Source: Spongospora subterranea f. sp. subterranea
Lineage: Eukaryota
NCBI GenBank assembly: GCA_049724395.1
Contig: JAUGWO010000142.1
Location: forward strand, 186,001-250,000
Direction of reading: 5' to 3'
DNA length: 64,000 nt
Shown here piece by piece: positions 42,275 through 53,164 of this stretch. The stretch's first letter is position 1. Every line of letters begins with the position of its first letter. Position numbers and translations under genes: made by a program. The notes beneath the pieces are model-generated. The model did no database searches, was not told the DNA's origin, and was given only the letters and a program-made list of their open reading frames with translations.

Positions 42275-44019
42275 ATGATGGTCTCTTCGGATCGATCAGC
42301 ATGGCTGATTGCGACCATGTTCATGAGTATCGTCTATGGCGCTAGCGGCGCCACGAACGCGTCGCCCAACGAGGGTTTAGGGTTAGGCATTGCAATCGAC
42401 CGCCCAGCCAGCCCTACCGGGGTCATTCCCACCTCTCCGACTGAGGTAGGCACTGCAGTCGAACGCCCTTTCGGTGGCATGTCCACCGGCTCGCCTGGGT
42501 TATTAGACGTTTTAACCCAACCCAATACTGGTAATACACGTTGTCTATTCTTTGGGATTGGAATTCGCTGAACGCGACAATATTACATCTATTCTGTGTT
42601 TGATGTTCAAAGTATGGAGTTTAGGCAATCGTATTTTCTTATTTCCCTAATACAGAACCACCGTTAGTACGGCGGACGAGGAGTTCTCGTGGGATGTTGG
42701 TAGGGACTGATGTTGAATTTATCAGTCGGAATGTAAGTCTGGCATATTGTGACATCCATTTCCAATACCATCTGACACGCAAATGATCGAATAGGTTAGA
42801 ACCCAATCAGGCTTGAATCGCCAGCTATCTACCAGAGGCCTCCCTCCCAATGATGCCCCGGATCAAGACAATACACCTGGTATTGACGCCACTTTGTTGG
42901 GGTGTTGTTAATTGAAGTCAGTACAGCAGATACAGGTTCGAACCGTCCTGAACCAACGGTTGATGACCCAGCACCTGAGCTATCAAGTGTTGGTGACCAA
43001 ACATCGGAGCCGTCAAGTGTTGAAGCGTTGCAGGGTTCGTCTGATCCGGAGCTCCGGGATGATTCAACAATGGGGCTAGTTCAGAATGATGATAACGGCA
43101 GTGTTGGTGATGAACCAGCGTCTCAAGACACACTGATGGGAGCAAATTTAGACCCTGTCAGTGGGGATGAATTGACAACAGGACACGTTCAGATTGGTGT
43201 GGACGTCAGCTTTGGAGATGGCAGAGATTGTCGGGAGACTCTGCTGGAATCACATTTAGAACAATCAACAACAGGACAGGTTCAGAGCGGAGTGGCAAGC
43301 ATTTCTGGCGACGAAAAAAAAGATTCACGAGATACAGGATCAGAAGCAGGTTCTGACAGTGGAAATCAATCAACGCCGGAACTGGTTGAGATTCATGTGA
43401 ACGGTGAGGACAGAGACTCTCGAGATGCAGAATCGAGTTCAGAAGTTACCAGTGGAGATCTTTCAACAACGGTGCAGGGTCAGAATGATGTCGTGGGCAG
43501 TTTTGATGAGGAAAGGAACTCTCTAGGTACACTGGTCGGACGAAATCCAGAACCTGCCAGTCAGGATACGACGGTCGAGTCGTCAGATGGGTTTGATGGA
43601 TCGCCAGACCAGGCGCTGGAAGGTGATGATGCCAAGGAAATGGGTACAGGCTCAGACAATCTGATTAGGCAAAAAGTCCAGCGAAAAGTTTCTGCATCTC
43701 AAGGTTATACTCTCGAAATTTTGTCTCCATGATGTGAACTCATTTTGTCTTTGCAGAAACCATCCCGGTGGTAATCGAGTCCAATGACAAAGGCAAATCA
43801 AAGCTAATCTTGATATTAGTGGCCCTGTCTAGCACATTCCTTCTAGTGGTCGCCGTATACATGTACTTTCGACAACGCCTCAGGTTCAATAAGCTGTCGC
43901 CTGCTCACATCCTAGCCGAGATGGAAGTGGGAGAACGATGTGATTCGATAGGTCAAGAGGACCAGGATCAAAACCCATACTCGACCGCGATTCAAATGCG
44001 GGCTTCTAAGGGAGTTTAA
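42275..44019 (+). CDS. Type I membrane protein with acidic Ser/Thr/Asp/Gly-rich ectodomain
   Basis: N-terminal hydrophobic segment (WLIATMFMSIVYGA), low-complexity ORF 42902-43732, TM LILILVALSSTFLLVVAVYMYF followed by RQR; middle exons uncertain. Confidence 0.65.
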
Positions 44020-44554
44020 CTGTGAAGACAATTATTACATTTTCATCATCGTTTGAGAATCCGACTTTTTTCACGACTGATCAATTTTTCATATTTGAAC
44101 TACGTTGAGAAGGAGTCGCACGAAGAGGCTAACGAGCAGAAGCGGTGTAGTCATAACACCCTGATATGTGGATTGAGTTATTATGTATTGCCCTTGACGG
44201 ATTCAACTGAAAAATTCTACCGGTCGCAACAGCTGAGCAAATGTTTCTCCATGCACCCGAACCATCAGTCCGGGCGACCAGAATACACTTGAGCACATGA
44301 TCTCCTTGAAACTCAGCGTGTCTCGGAAATGTATAGGCCGCACTAGTATTAGTCACGTCCCTGATTGCAGTTCCTTCGAGCGATGTTGTTCCTTCTGTGT
44401 CAGATATTTCGAGGCATTTCTGTCGTCTGCTCCGGACAAGGTCTTGATCATATGCTGTGCCTGCGCGAGGCACTGGCGTGTAGAGAGACATAAGGACGTC
44501 TTATATCATAATAATTTGTTCAGTTTGTTGAGTAACGCCCGCTGAAATACTTGA

Positions 44555-44796
44555 TCATTGTTATATCCTATGTTAACACAATGAGTAGATTAGTGTTTAA
44601 TTCGTTGATGATGGAGCATCGCATATTCGTTGATGTGCTGAATGTTGAGCTCTTCTCTGATTGCTAGTAATGAAAGCAATCAGAGAAGAGCTCAACATTC
44701 AGCACACCAACGAATATACGATGCTCCATCATCAACGAATTCAAATCAAACACTATTCTACTCGCTGTGTTAACCTACCGTAGCATATGACAATGA
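44555..44796 (-). ncRNA. Long fold-back; candidate miRNA/hairpin-RNA precursor (alternatively a MITE)
   Basis: Arms 44599-44665 and 44675-44741 complementary at 65/67, 9-nt loop, imperfect lower stem; strand inferred from G:U compatibility. Confidence 0.5.
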
Positions 44797-45246
44797 AGTC
44801 GTTATCACTGACTATCTGAATTCCACCCATTGTCAACTGCCAGATCCTCTCGCTTGGAATTACGAATACGAAGCAGGGGCGATAGAGCTGAGCAAATCGA
44901 GACGAAGAAAAGTAGGAGCAAGACATCGCGACCCATTCTGTGCCTCTGACACTGTGGGCGCTGATCAACAACCGATGCCAGTAAATCCTGACGTTGGTTC
45001 AATTAGTGTATCACCTGGAGAGTTCTGCCTTTACAACAGCAGCAATTTCCAGCACAGGTCAACCACCAACAGGATCTCGTTCGACTTCAGCTCGCTGAAC
45101 AGTAGTTAATCCTCCAAACCCCAAACGAGTAAAACCTGACAGATTCAGACGCAACATCTGGTCAACGCGCTGCACATAGCGTGCTGGCCGTCCTCCCTGT
45201 CGCTAAATGTAACCAAAAGAGAGCGTGACGCCGTGACCTGATTTTG

Positions 45247-45466
45247 GTGCCGTGGCGGCGCAGGGTGGCGCACACCCACATGACACGACCTGATGCAGTT
45301 CAGTCAACTGTGACGCTGTTGTGCCGTGGTGGCGCAGGGTGGCGCACACCCACAGGACACGACATGATACAGTTCAGTCAACTGTGACGCTGTTGTGCCG
45401 TGGTGGCGCAGGGTGGCGCACACCCACAGGACACGACATGATACAGTTCAGTCAACTGTGACGCTG
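45247..45466. repeat. 3 x 74 bp tandem repeat
   Basis: Units start at 45247, 45321, 45395 (GTGCCGTGGYGGCGCAGGGTGGCGCACACCCACA...CAGTTCAGTCAACTGTGACGCTG). Confidence 0.95.
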
Positions 45467-47863
45467 CGTCTGCGTCACAGTTGTGGATCTCCGCTAAACC
45501 TTTTCATGTTCCTCGTTGGACGACCCGGTTTTGTGGCCTCGTCTGAAAGGATTGCCGCCACACTGGCTTGCCAACAGTCGTTTAAGTTTGTATTCACGCC
45601 CAACACGTGTCGTTGATACCTTTCGGTACTATTTATCGATGGTGTTTGATTCCCTTTCTCTCTATTTTCGCCATTCATTACACTACCTTCCTTTATTCAT
45701 GTATATCGGTTCTCTGCTTGCACTCTCAAATTTCGCTCTCTTGGCGGATTGATCGGATTTCAGCAAAATGAGGCCAAACGAATCCGGCTGCTGCAATGGT
45801 TGAACAACTCCCGGTGTAGAGGGACTGACGATGTATACTCGAGACACTTCCCCAATGTTTGATTCCGGAGGTAATGACAATTCTCCCACCTTGAACCCAC
45901 ATCTGCCCAAAAAGAAAACCGCGGTTCGACTCGATCATGTATCGTTTGGCATGAAGATCTTTCTCGAATTATGGATTGTATCGATGGAATGTCCATGAAG
46001 TAAAACAGCAGCAGAGTTGACGCTATCGAGTCAATTCCTGACAATGGTTGAGCGGGTATCAAGCGATTCTGACAGCGTCTCGAGTATCAGTTGTCAATCC
46101 TTCAACATACCCAGGGATTGCCCAACGACCGCCTGATGTTTCTGTTTGGCCCTGAAGTTCGATCAAGGCAAAGTAGAGAAACGAATGGAAAATACTTCGT
46201 ACAGGTCTGTTGTAGGTCTGTTGTTTGGATGACGGGCCGTATGTTCTGCCTGAATCAATATTAATACTTGAACCTCTTTGGCCAACAATCTCCTCTATTT
46301 CGCTTACTTGTGATTGCCCACACTCTTAGAAGTGCAGGCCATCGAGGATTTACAAATGTTCTGAAGGTATGATTTTTTTTTTACAAATTTTCGAAGATGT
46401 TTCGTCGCCTGGCAAGAACTGTCGCGCTTGCACTGTCTCCTCGACATTTGCCCGCACTATTCATGCATCTTAATGAAATAGAGTAATCCACTCTGATGCT
46501 AGTCGTGGGTTATGATGTGAAAACACAAAACCAATAGAGCCCATTCGAATATCTTTTCAACCAAATAGGGAGCAAGGTGGGATCTACGTTGGCGGAAATC
46601 GTGAAAACCACGACACTGTAATGGGTCTGACCCCGACAAATGGTTTACAGAGGATGGCACTTCAGACGCAGTGATGATGGGAACGCGCAAGACGAGATGG
46701 TTGAGTCGCGACGATGGCGACACCGGATCCGACCACACGATGGACATGGGGTGGGCCAGTTCAGCCAGTCGGAATGTGAGAATATTGACTCGTTCAGGGT
46801 TGATTGAAACTGGGCAGACCCGATCGAGTCCTGAACCCATCTGGGCTAAACCCACAGGTGCCAACCCGACTGATCACGGATGGATTGTCTATTCAGCGGA
46901 TTGCCAAAGTCGGATTTGTTCCCAACCGCACTGCCCGTCAAGGAGCGATTCGATCCATCGCAACGGCGACTCGACGCGCCAACAGAGGATTTGATGCAGA
47001 AACAGGTTCACGACTTGTTGCTCAATACATTTGGACAGTGGGGTTTATTGCCTTTCCCGCTGCGGGAAATGGCGCTACTCTGATCTATGGCATCAAATGA
47101 TCATGAGGACAGGGATTGGTATTGATTCCTGTGGCATCGTGCCAGTTGCAGGAAATTCACAAACAGTTATTTATCACATTGCGTTCATGGATCAGTTCCT
47201 GATTCCCCATTCTGATATAGAAGGTTCTGTGATGTGTGTGTTTCTGGTCCGTTCGCCACCATTGCCTTTCTTGAGTGCGTGTCCAATGATCCTGTTCATG
47301 AGTCCACCTAACGACGAATCAATGAAAACTGAGCGGCCCCTGGCCAAAACGCCCTTGGGACTGAGACGAATACAATCCGTCCCGTCTGTTAGTCCAGAGA
47401 TTTGGTTTTTCGTGCTTGAACCACCAATTTATCTCGTTGATGGTGTGTGGTGGCATCCGAGTCCAGGGTCGGAACCTGAGATGCCAATACAGGTTTTAAC
47501 CGCGGAAATCGGCCCAGGGACCTTCTCCTAAGGGATGAAATTTGTCGAATTACAAGAGGAAACCGAACCAGGCTGGCGCAGCGACGTGCCGTTGGTCTTT
47601 GTATCTTTGTTTGGTCCGGTCAATAAATGACAAACACTATTAAATACCATAAAACTGGTTATCGCGAAATGACTGCACAACGGATTAACTTGACCATATT
47701 CAGAAAAACAACACTTCAGAATCGCAAAGCCGATATTGTGTGATCATTGACAACAAAATTCCATCACAACTGTCAACGGTGGCAGGGTGAAACACGCTGC
47801 TCTTTAGATCGTTGCAACTATAAATGTCCAATGTGGTAGGGGAGTTTATGAACAGCCAACTGA

Positions 47864-49623
47864 TTACTGAGATACATTCTTGGCCGACATATCTTGACCT
47901 ATCGGTTCGCTTCCTTTGTTATCGACACTATCATTGACGGGTTTCACAACCTTCTGATACCGATGCGGCTTGTTGGATGAGTTTACCGGGACGGTGCCTG
48001 GCTCCTGAGATTTGCTGTTGGAGTCGGACCGAGGAGACGATCTTTGACCTTCCTTCTTCTTCATCGGCGGCTGCCTCTTTCCCCCTCTTTGACGCCTGTT
48101 GTCGACATATCTGTTCTGAGACTGATGTTGGAAGCCTTCGCCTTCTGGATGGGTTTGAGGAGCGGTCCTGTCTTGTGTGGAAGCATTACCAGAAGATGGA
48201 GTGCTCTGACCTTTCTGCATTTCGTATAGTTGCTGCATAACCTTCCTTTGTTCTTGATCTGCTCTGTCCCAATCTTCCCTGTACTTAATGTGCTGATCTA
48301 TCAAAAGAACTGCACTCTGTACAGATTCCTTGGTTCCAGCAATGTGAACTTTACAGGAACCGCTTTCATTATCCTCAACCACGTTCATCCGTTGAGCTTT
48401 GCTCATCAGTTCTAACTGGTGAAGGGTTTTGCCAAGCTTGCCAGTAACCCATTCGGTCATTTCTTTCGCGATCGGCACATCGACCTCAACGAATTCCAGG
48501 GCCAGTCTCGCCGCTTGTACAGCTTCAGCGGCATCACCAACAATACGAACAATTCCGGTAGTGGTATCAATGTTTGCTGAAATGATCCCCGGCATCGCTT
48601 GGACATTGTTGATACGGCTACCTCGTTGACCAATGACCAATCCGAAAAGCGATGGGCTAACAGTGAACTCGACAACAAAGGAATGCTCAACCTGAACCAT
48701 TGCAAACCTTAACGATAATACGAAGACGCAGAGAACAAAAGGGAATTCGTACTTTCTGTTTCGCAAGTTGCAGCTGATGTTTAACTTGTTCGGTCCTGTT
48801 GTGAATCTGTTGAAGTTGAGTTTGTTGGGCGACTGCCATATCGATTAATGGCCGTGCGATTGACAGCGACGAATCAGTCCCAACGACAACAATCTTGTGG
48901 TCCTCTGGACAGTAACTGATCGACATCACTCCAGAGCGGGTCATGATCGAGTCAAAAACTGGGACGTGAGTAACCTCTGGCGAAGCTACAAATACCCATC
49001 AGACACAAGAACCATGACAAGCAGATTGAGGTATTACCTGGTAACGGTAGGGCAGAGCTCTTTTTAAGGACACTTGGTAATGTCAGGTCAATTCTCTTGA
49101 CATGAGTTAGATCAATGTTCCTCTCCTGGCTCTCGGGCCGAACATTCGACAGCTCGATAATGTCGTCATAGGAATCGGGCAGGCCAACGTATTTCACCAA
49201 CGCAAACTGCAGAACAGCAGAATGAAACCAAGGGACAGAGAGCGGTGACCGAAACGGGACGTACACTGTGCTTGATCGATTTGATGACCGCCTTCCACCA
49301 ACCCCAAGGCTCGGTTTCATGACCTTGCGCCTTCACTTCGACTTGTTGACCCGGCACGTAGACAATATCGGATTCCACAGGTGTTGATGGACAATGTCTG
49401 ACATTTGCAGCCGAGATCCAGCAAAGCTTCCAATTCAACTCAAACTGACATAAAACCTGTCCTAATTTGATATCGAGAATAGTGACCTGAACACCAGTAA
49501 TCAGCGATATCAATACGACGGAGAGACCGTCCTGACATTAAAATAGGCGGTTGTGTCAGGTTCTTGCGCCTCCCAAATGATATTAGCGGGAGGCATCGTC
49601 GTTAGTGCACTAGGCGTTGACAT
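47864..49623 (-). CDS. Fragile X family (FMR1/FXR-like) RNA-binding protein: tandem Agenet + KH domains
   Basis: QFELNWK, VEVKAQGHETEPWGWWKAVIK, VKYVGLPDSYDDII, FGLVIGQRGSRI, ARLALEFVE, VTGKLGK, AGTKESVQSAVLLIDQHIKY, basic tail with RGG. Confidence 0.85.
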
Positions 49624-49953
49624 GTAGGCTGCCGGTGGGCACTGCACGGTTGGCGTGGGCGGAGGCGGGATGGGCGCTAATGGCGGCGACAAGATGGCGA
49701 TATGGTGTGCTAACAGAGGTGGCGGGGTCGCCAATAGCACAGCGAGGGAGGGAGAGGGTTGGACTGGGGGCCAGTCATCCACATGTACACCCCAACCAGT
49801 GTTCTGACATACTGCGTGCGCAGTTCCTATCCCACTGGCCCCAAACCCACAACTCCATATGGGGCTGCGATCCTGATGCGTTACCAAAAGCGCAGCCTGT
49901 TGGCCGAGGTGGCGCCAATACTACGGCCAAAGGCGGTTGGCACACATGCCAAC

Positions 49954-51183
49954 ATGGGCAATTATCCTCCTAGCCAGTCCGGTCCCGATGATAGATATGA
50001 ACCTGTTCATGAATCGCGCCAGACCATGTCCGATTTCTATGACGAGTTAGAGGCACAGTATGGGCCTGATGTTCATCTGGCGTTCATGGATTCGCCAACC
50101 AATATTCCCGATCATGATCACATGACGAGCCAGGAGAATATTGATCGACACACAGATATATGTCTGGCCGCTATACAGCTTGAACCCCGGTTTGCAGCTC
50201 TACGATATCGTTTAGTACCCAGCCGTATCTCCGAGAACCATTTCTGGACCCAGTTTATATCGAAATATGGCGATTTCTGCCGTCAAATAGGGTGTGAACT
50301 GGTTTCGGGTCCTCTCGCTAACCACAGGTCTAAACCCATAATCGCTGATATCGAGATGACTGTTAAGGCGCCATCAAAGGTCATGGCCCCGGTTAGTGTT
50401 GAACCATCTCCCGGTCCAGTTAAGCTGATGACTGCACCAGTTCACGACGGTGGCCATGCCCATGGAGCCATCCATGACGGGCTGGAGGTGGTGATAACCA
50501 AGATCCCCGAGGCGTTTGTTTACCGAATCCCGCCCCGGCCCGACGCCCAAGGCCATTACGCCAGCCGATGGGGTCTTGACAAGCCGTTATGGCAGGGCGT
50601 TTTAAAGGTCATTTCAGGCGCTAATCACACCCTCTTCATCAGATTACACGATTCCAGCTCATCTGAGCTGTTCGCCACCAGCGCGCCTATCGATCTAGAG
50701 AAGATCTGTTCGGCGCCGGACCAGTCCAGATCAGCCCATCTAGCGGCGATCGCGTATTATATCGAACCCGCCGTCGACACCTCAAGGTACTTCGTGGTTC
50801 GGTTCACGAATCATGTCACCGGACAGGCGGCCCTGTTAGGGATCGGGTTTCGTCAACGATCGCACGCGTTTGACCTGACCGCATCTATATTGGATCAACT
50901 GCATCGGTGCGAACGGGACATGAATCCGTCAAAACGTGGGCAAAAGGATCAAGCGACGGACGACGATGGGTCTGAGGAGAATAGGAATCCAGAGCAATTA
51001 CCGTCAATGGATTACACGTTACCGGTATTATATTCCAGTTGTGATGGAGATGGCGATCCACTTCCGCCATTATCGCCCCCCAAATCTCCACAGATCGTGC
51101 CGAGAGTAGATCGGGATATCGATGACGATGACGACAACGATGTATTCGGCACATTTATCAGCGCACGGCAACACTTTCTATAG
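49954..51183 (+). CDS. BSD domain + NECAP (PHear) domain protein, single exon
   Basis: PRFAALRYRLVPSRISENHFW (BSD); AFVYRIPP..GHYASRW..LWQG..ELFA..IEPAVDTSRYFVVR..LGIGFRQRSHAFDL (NECAP); start may be 49876 or 49954. Confidence 0.8.
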   Translation: MGNYPPSQSGPDDRYEPVHESRQTMSDFYDELEAQYGPDVHLAFMDSPTNIPDHDHMTSQENIDRHTDICLAAIQLEPRFAALRYRLVPSRISENHFWTQFISKYGDFCRQIGCELVSGPLANHRSKPIIADIEMTVKAPSKVMAPVSVEPSPGPVKLMTAPVHDGGHAHGAIHDGLEVVITKIPEAFVYRIPPRPDAQGHYASRWGLDKPLWQGVLKVISGANHTLFIRLHDSSSSELFATSAPIDLEKICSAPDQSRSAHLAAIAYYIEPAVDTSRYFVVRFTNHVTGQAALLGIGFRQRSHAFDLTASILDQLHRCERDMNPSKRGQKDQATDDDGSEENRNPEQLPSMDYTLPVLYSSCDGDGDPLPPLSPPKSPQIVPRVDRDIDDDDDNDVFGTFISARQHFL

Positions 51184-51444
51184 CAAGTTGATTTTCAATA
51201 CACTATTAATATTATCAAGACATTCAAATCGCCTTTATCCGCAAAAAAACTTTTACTTCTGGCAACAAATGCGGAATGACACCCAAAAGATACTTCGAAA
51301 TGACTATTGTGTGTCCGCCGCGGACTCCGTGATGCCATTTAATCTCAAGATTTCGCGGTTTCGCCGTTGATTTCCACGACGATTCGGAGGGAGTTTTTTC
51401 GTCTGAAATCGCATTTCGTCCGGCAATTTTCATCGCCGGCCCTA

Positions 51445-53015
51445 ATGTCAGAGAATATGCCATATGATCGAGTTACTGAGGGTTCGGCCACTATATTATT
51501 GCCGTCAGGAAATCAGGTAGACTATCGCCATCAACCCGACATATCGTGACTGGGATGATTGACTCCCGCCGTTTTGTTCCTTGTTGCCAGGACGTGTTCT
51601 ATAATAAAGTTCAAGTCGTTAACCGGGATTTGTCAATCGCCGCCATCAGCGCCTACAATGACCTACGCCGTGAGGAGCATTTGTCGTCAAGTAAAACGTG
51701 TTCTAAGCCGTACCCGGGTTTGACGATATTAGAGGCGTTATCCGCTACTGGGCTTCGGTCAATGCGTTATCTGCACGAGATCGACGACGTCTCCAAGATT
51801 ATCGTGAACGATATCGATCCCGCCGCCGTCGAAACCATCAAGCGTAATATAGCCGCCAATCCTCATCTTGTTCAACCGGAGCGTCTTGTCCCTAACTGTG
51901 CCGACGCCAACATCTGTATGGGTCATCACACCGCCAACGAAGGTCGTGTCGATGTCGTCGATCTGGATCCCTATGGATCAGCCAACACCTTTATCTCCTC
52001 CGCGTTGAAGGCGGTTCGCCCTGGCGGTATGCTCTGTATAACTTGTACAGATCTGGCTGTATTAGCCGGCAGCCGCCCGTCAGCCTGTTTTGCCAAATAC
52101 TCATCGATGCCGCATCGGGCGAAATACTGCCATGAAATGGCCCTGCGAATCGTTCTGGCATTTACCTGCCAAGAAGCCGCTAAACTCGGCCTGGTTATCG
52201 AGCCTCTGGCCAGTTCTCATATCGATTTCTACGTGCGTCTGTTCGTCCGTGTTCGAAAAAGTCAGTCTGGTGCGACCGCATCGGTCAAAAACCTGGCGTA
52301 CGTTTGGCAATGCAGTCAATGCGTTCATCACGTGTTGATCCCGGTTATGCACCCAACTGGTAAAGGGGACAATCTTACCAGTGCAACTGCACTCAGGTCG
52401 GGGCAATGCCCTGATTGTCATTCCCCGATGAAGATGGGCGGTCCATGGTGGTCGGCACCGATTCACGATCCGGCATTTCTCGCTCGGTTATCCCAGCGTA
52501 TCGACCGTCCCGAAAATCCGTTCGCTTCCCAAGCGAGGCTGCGGGCCCTGTTGACCGGACTGATGGAAGAGTTGGTCGATGTTCCTCTGTTCCATTGCCT
52601 GTCGAGCATGTGCCACACGTTGCATTGTGTGATGCCACGAGCTATTGTCGTCCGATCCGCCCTTATCAATGGCGGTTTTCGTGTATCCCAATCTCATACG
52701 TCTCCAACATCGTTGAAGACTGACGCGCCGTCGAATATCATATGGGATATACTTCGTCATTGGGTCAAACAAAATCCTGTCAAACAAAATCTCAGCGAAA
52801 CTTCTCCATCTTCCATTATTCTATCGAAAGAACCGCAGTCTACTCCTGATTTTACGATTGTGGATGCATTGCGCAATAAGACCAAACAACCAAAATTCCT
52901 ACCCAATCCGGAGGATAATTGGGGTCCAGGATCAAGGGCGAAGACTCGGCATGCATCTTTAGTAGACATCCCACAGGAACCCGACGAAAAAAAGGCTAGA
53001 CTAGATTTGCACTGA
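51445..53015 (+). CDS. TRM1: tRNA (guanine26-N2)-dimethyltransferase, one intron
   Basis: VTEGSA, VFYNKVQVVNRDLS, ILEALSATGLRSMRY, VDLDPYGS, CHEMALR, DFYVRLFV, SLKTDAP, PNPEDNWGP. Confidence 0.95.
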
Positions 53016-53164
53016 TAAACCTATGAGTATAGACACGGTTCCTTCTCCTTCGCACACTAGTTTATTTTGTTCACAATGAAGTATCAGTTAATTCCGGAAG
53101 AACCATGTAAATATTTTTCCACTGAAAACATTGATTGATCAATATCAACGAACGTAAATAGCAG

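Noticed and set aside
45247..45466. CRISPR-like appearance of this and the other repeat arrays
   Set aside because: Units are contiguous with no unique spacers, no cas genes, eukaryotic context
45500..47600. Many overlapping 60-170 aa ORFs
   Set aside because: No recognisable motifs, stops in all frames; left unannotated
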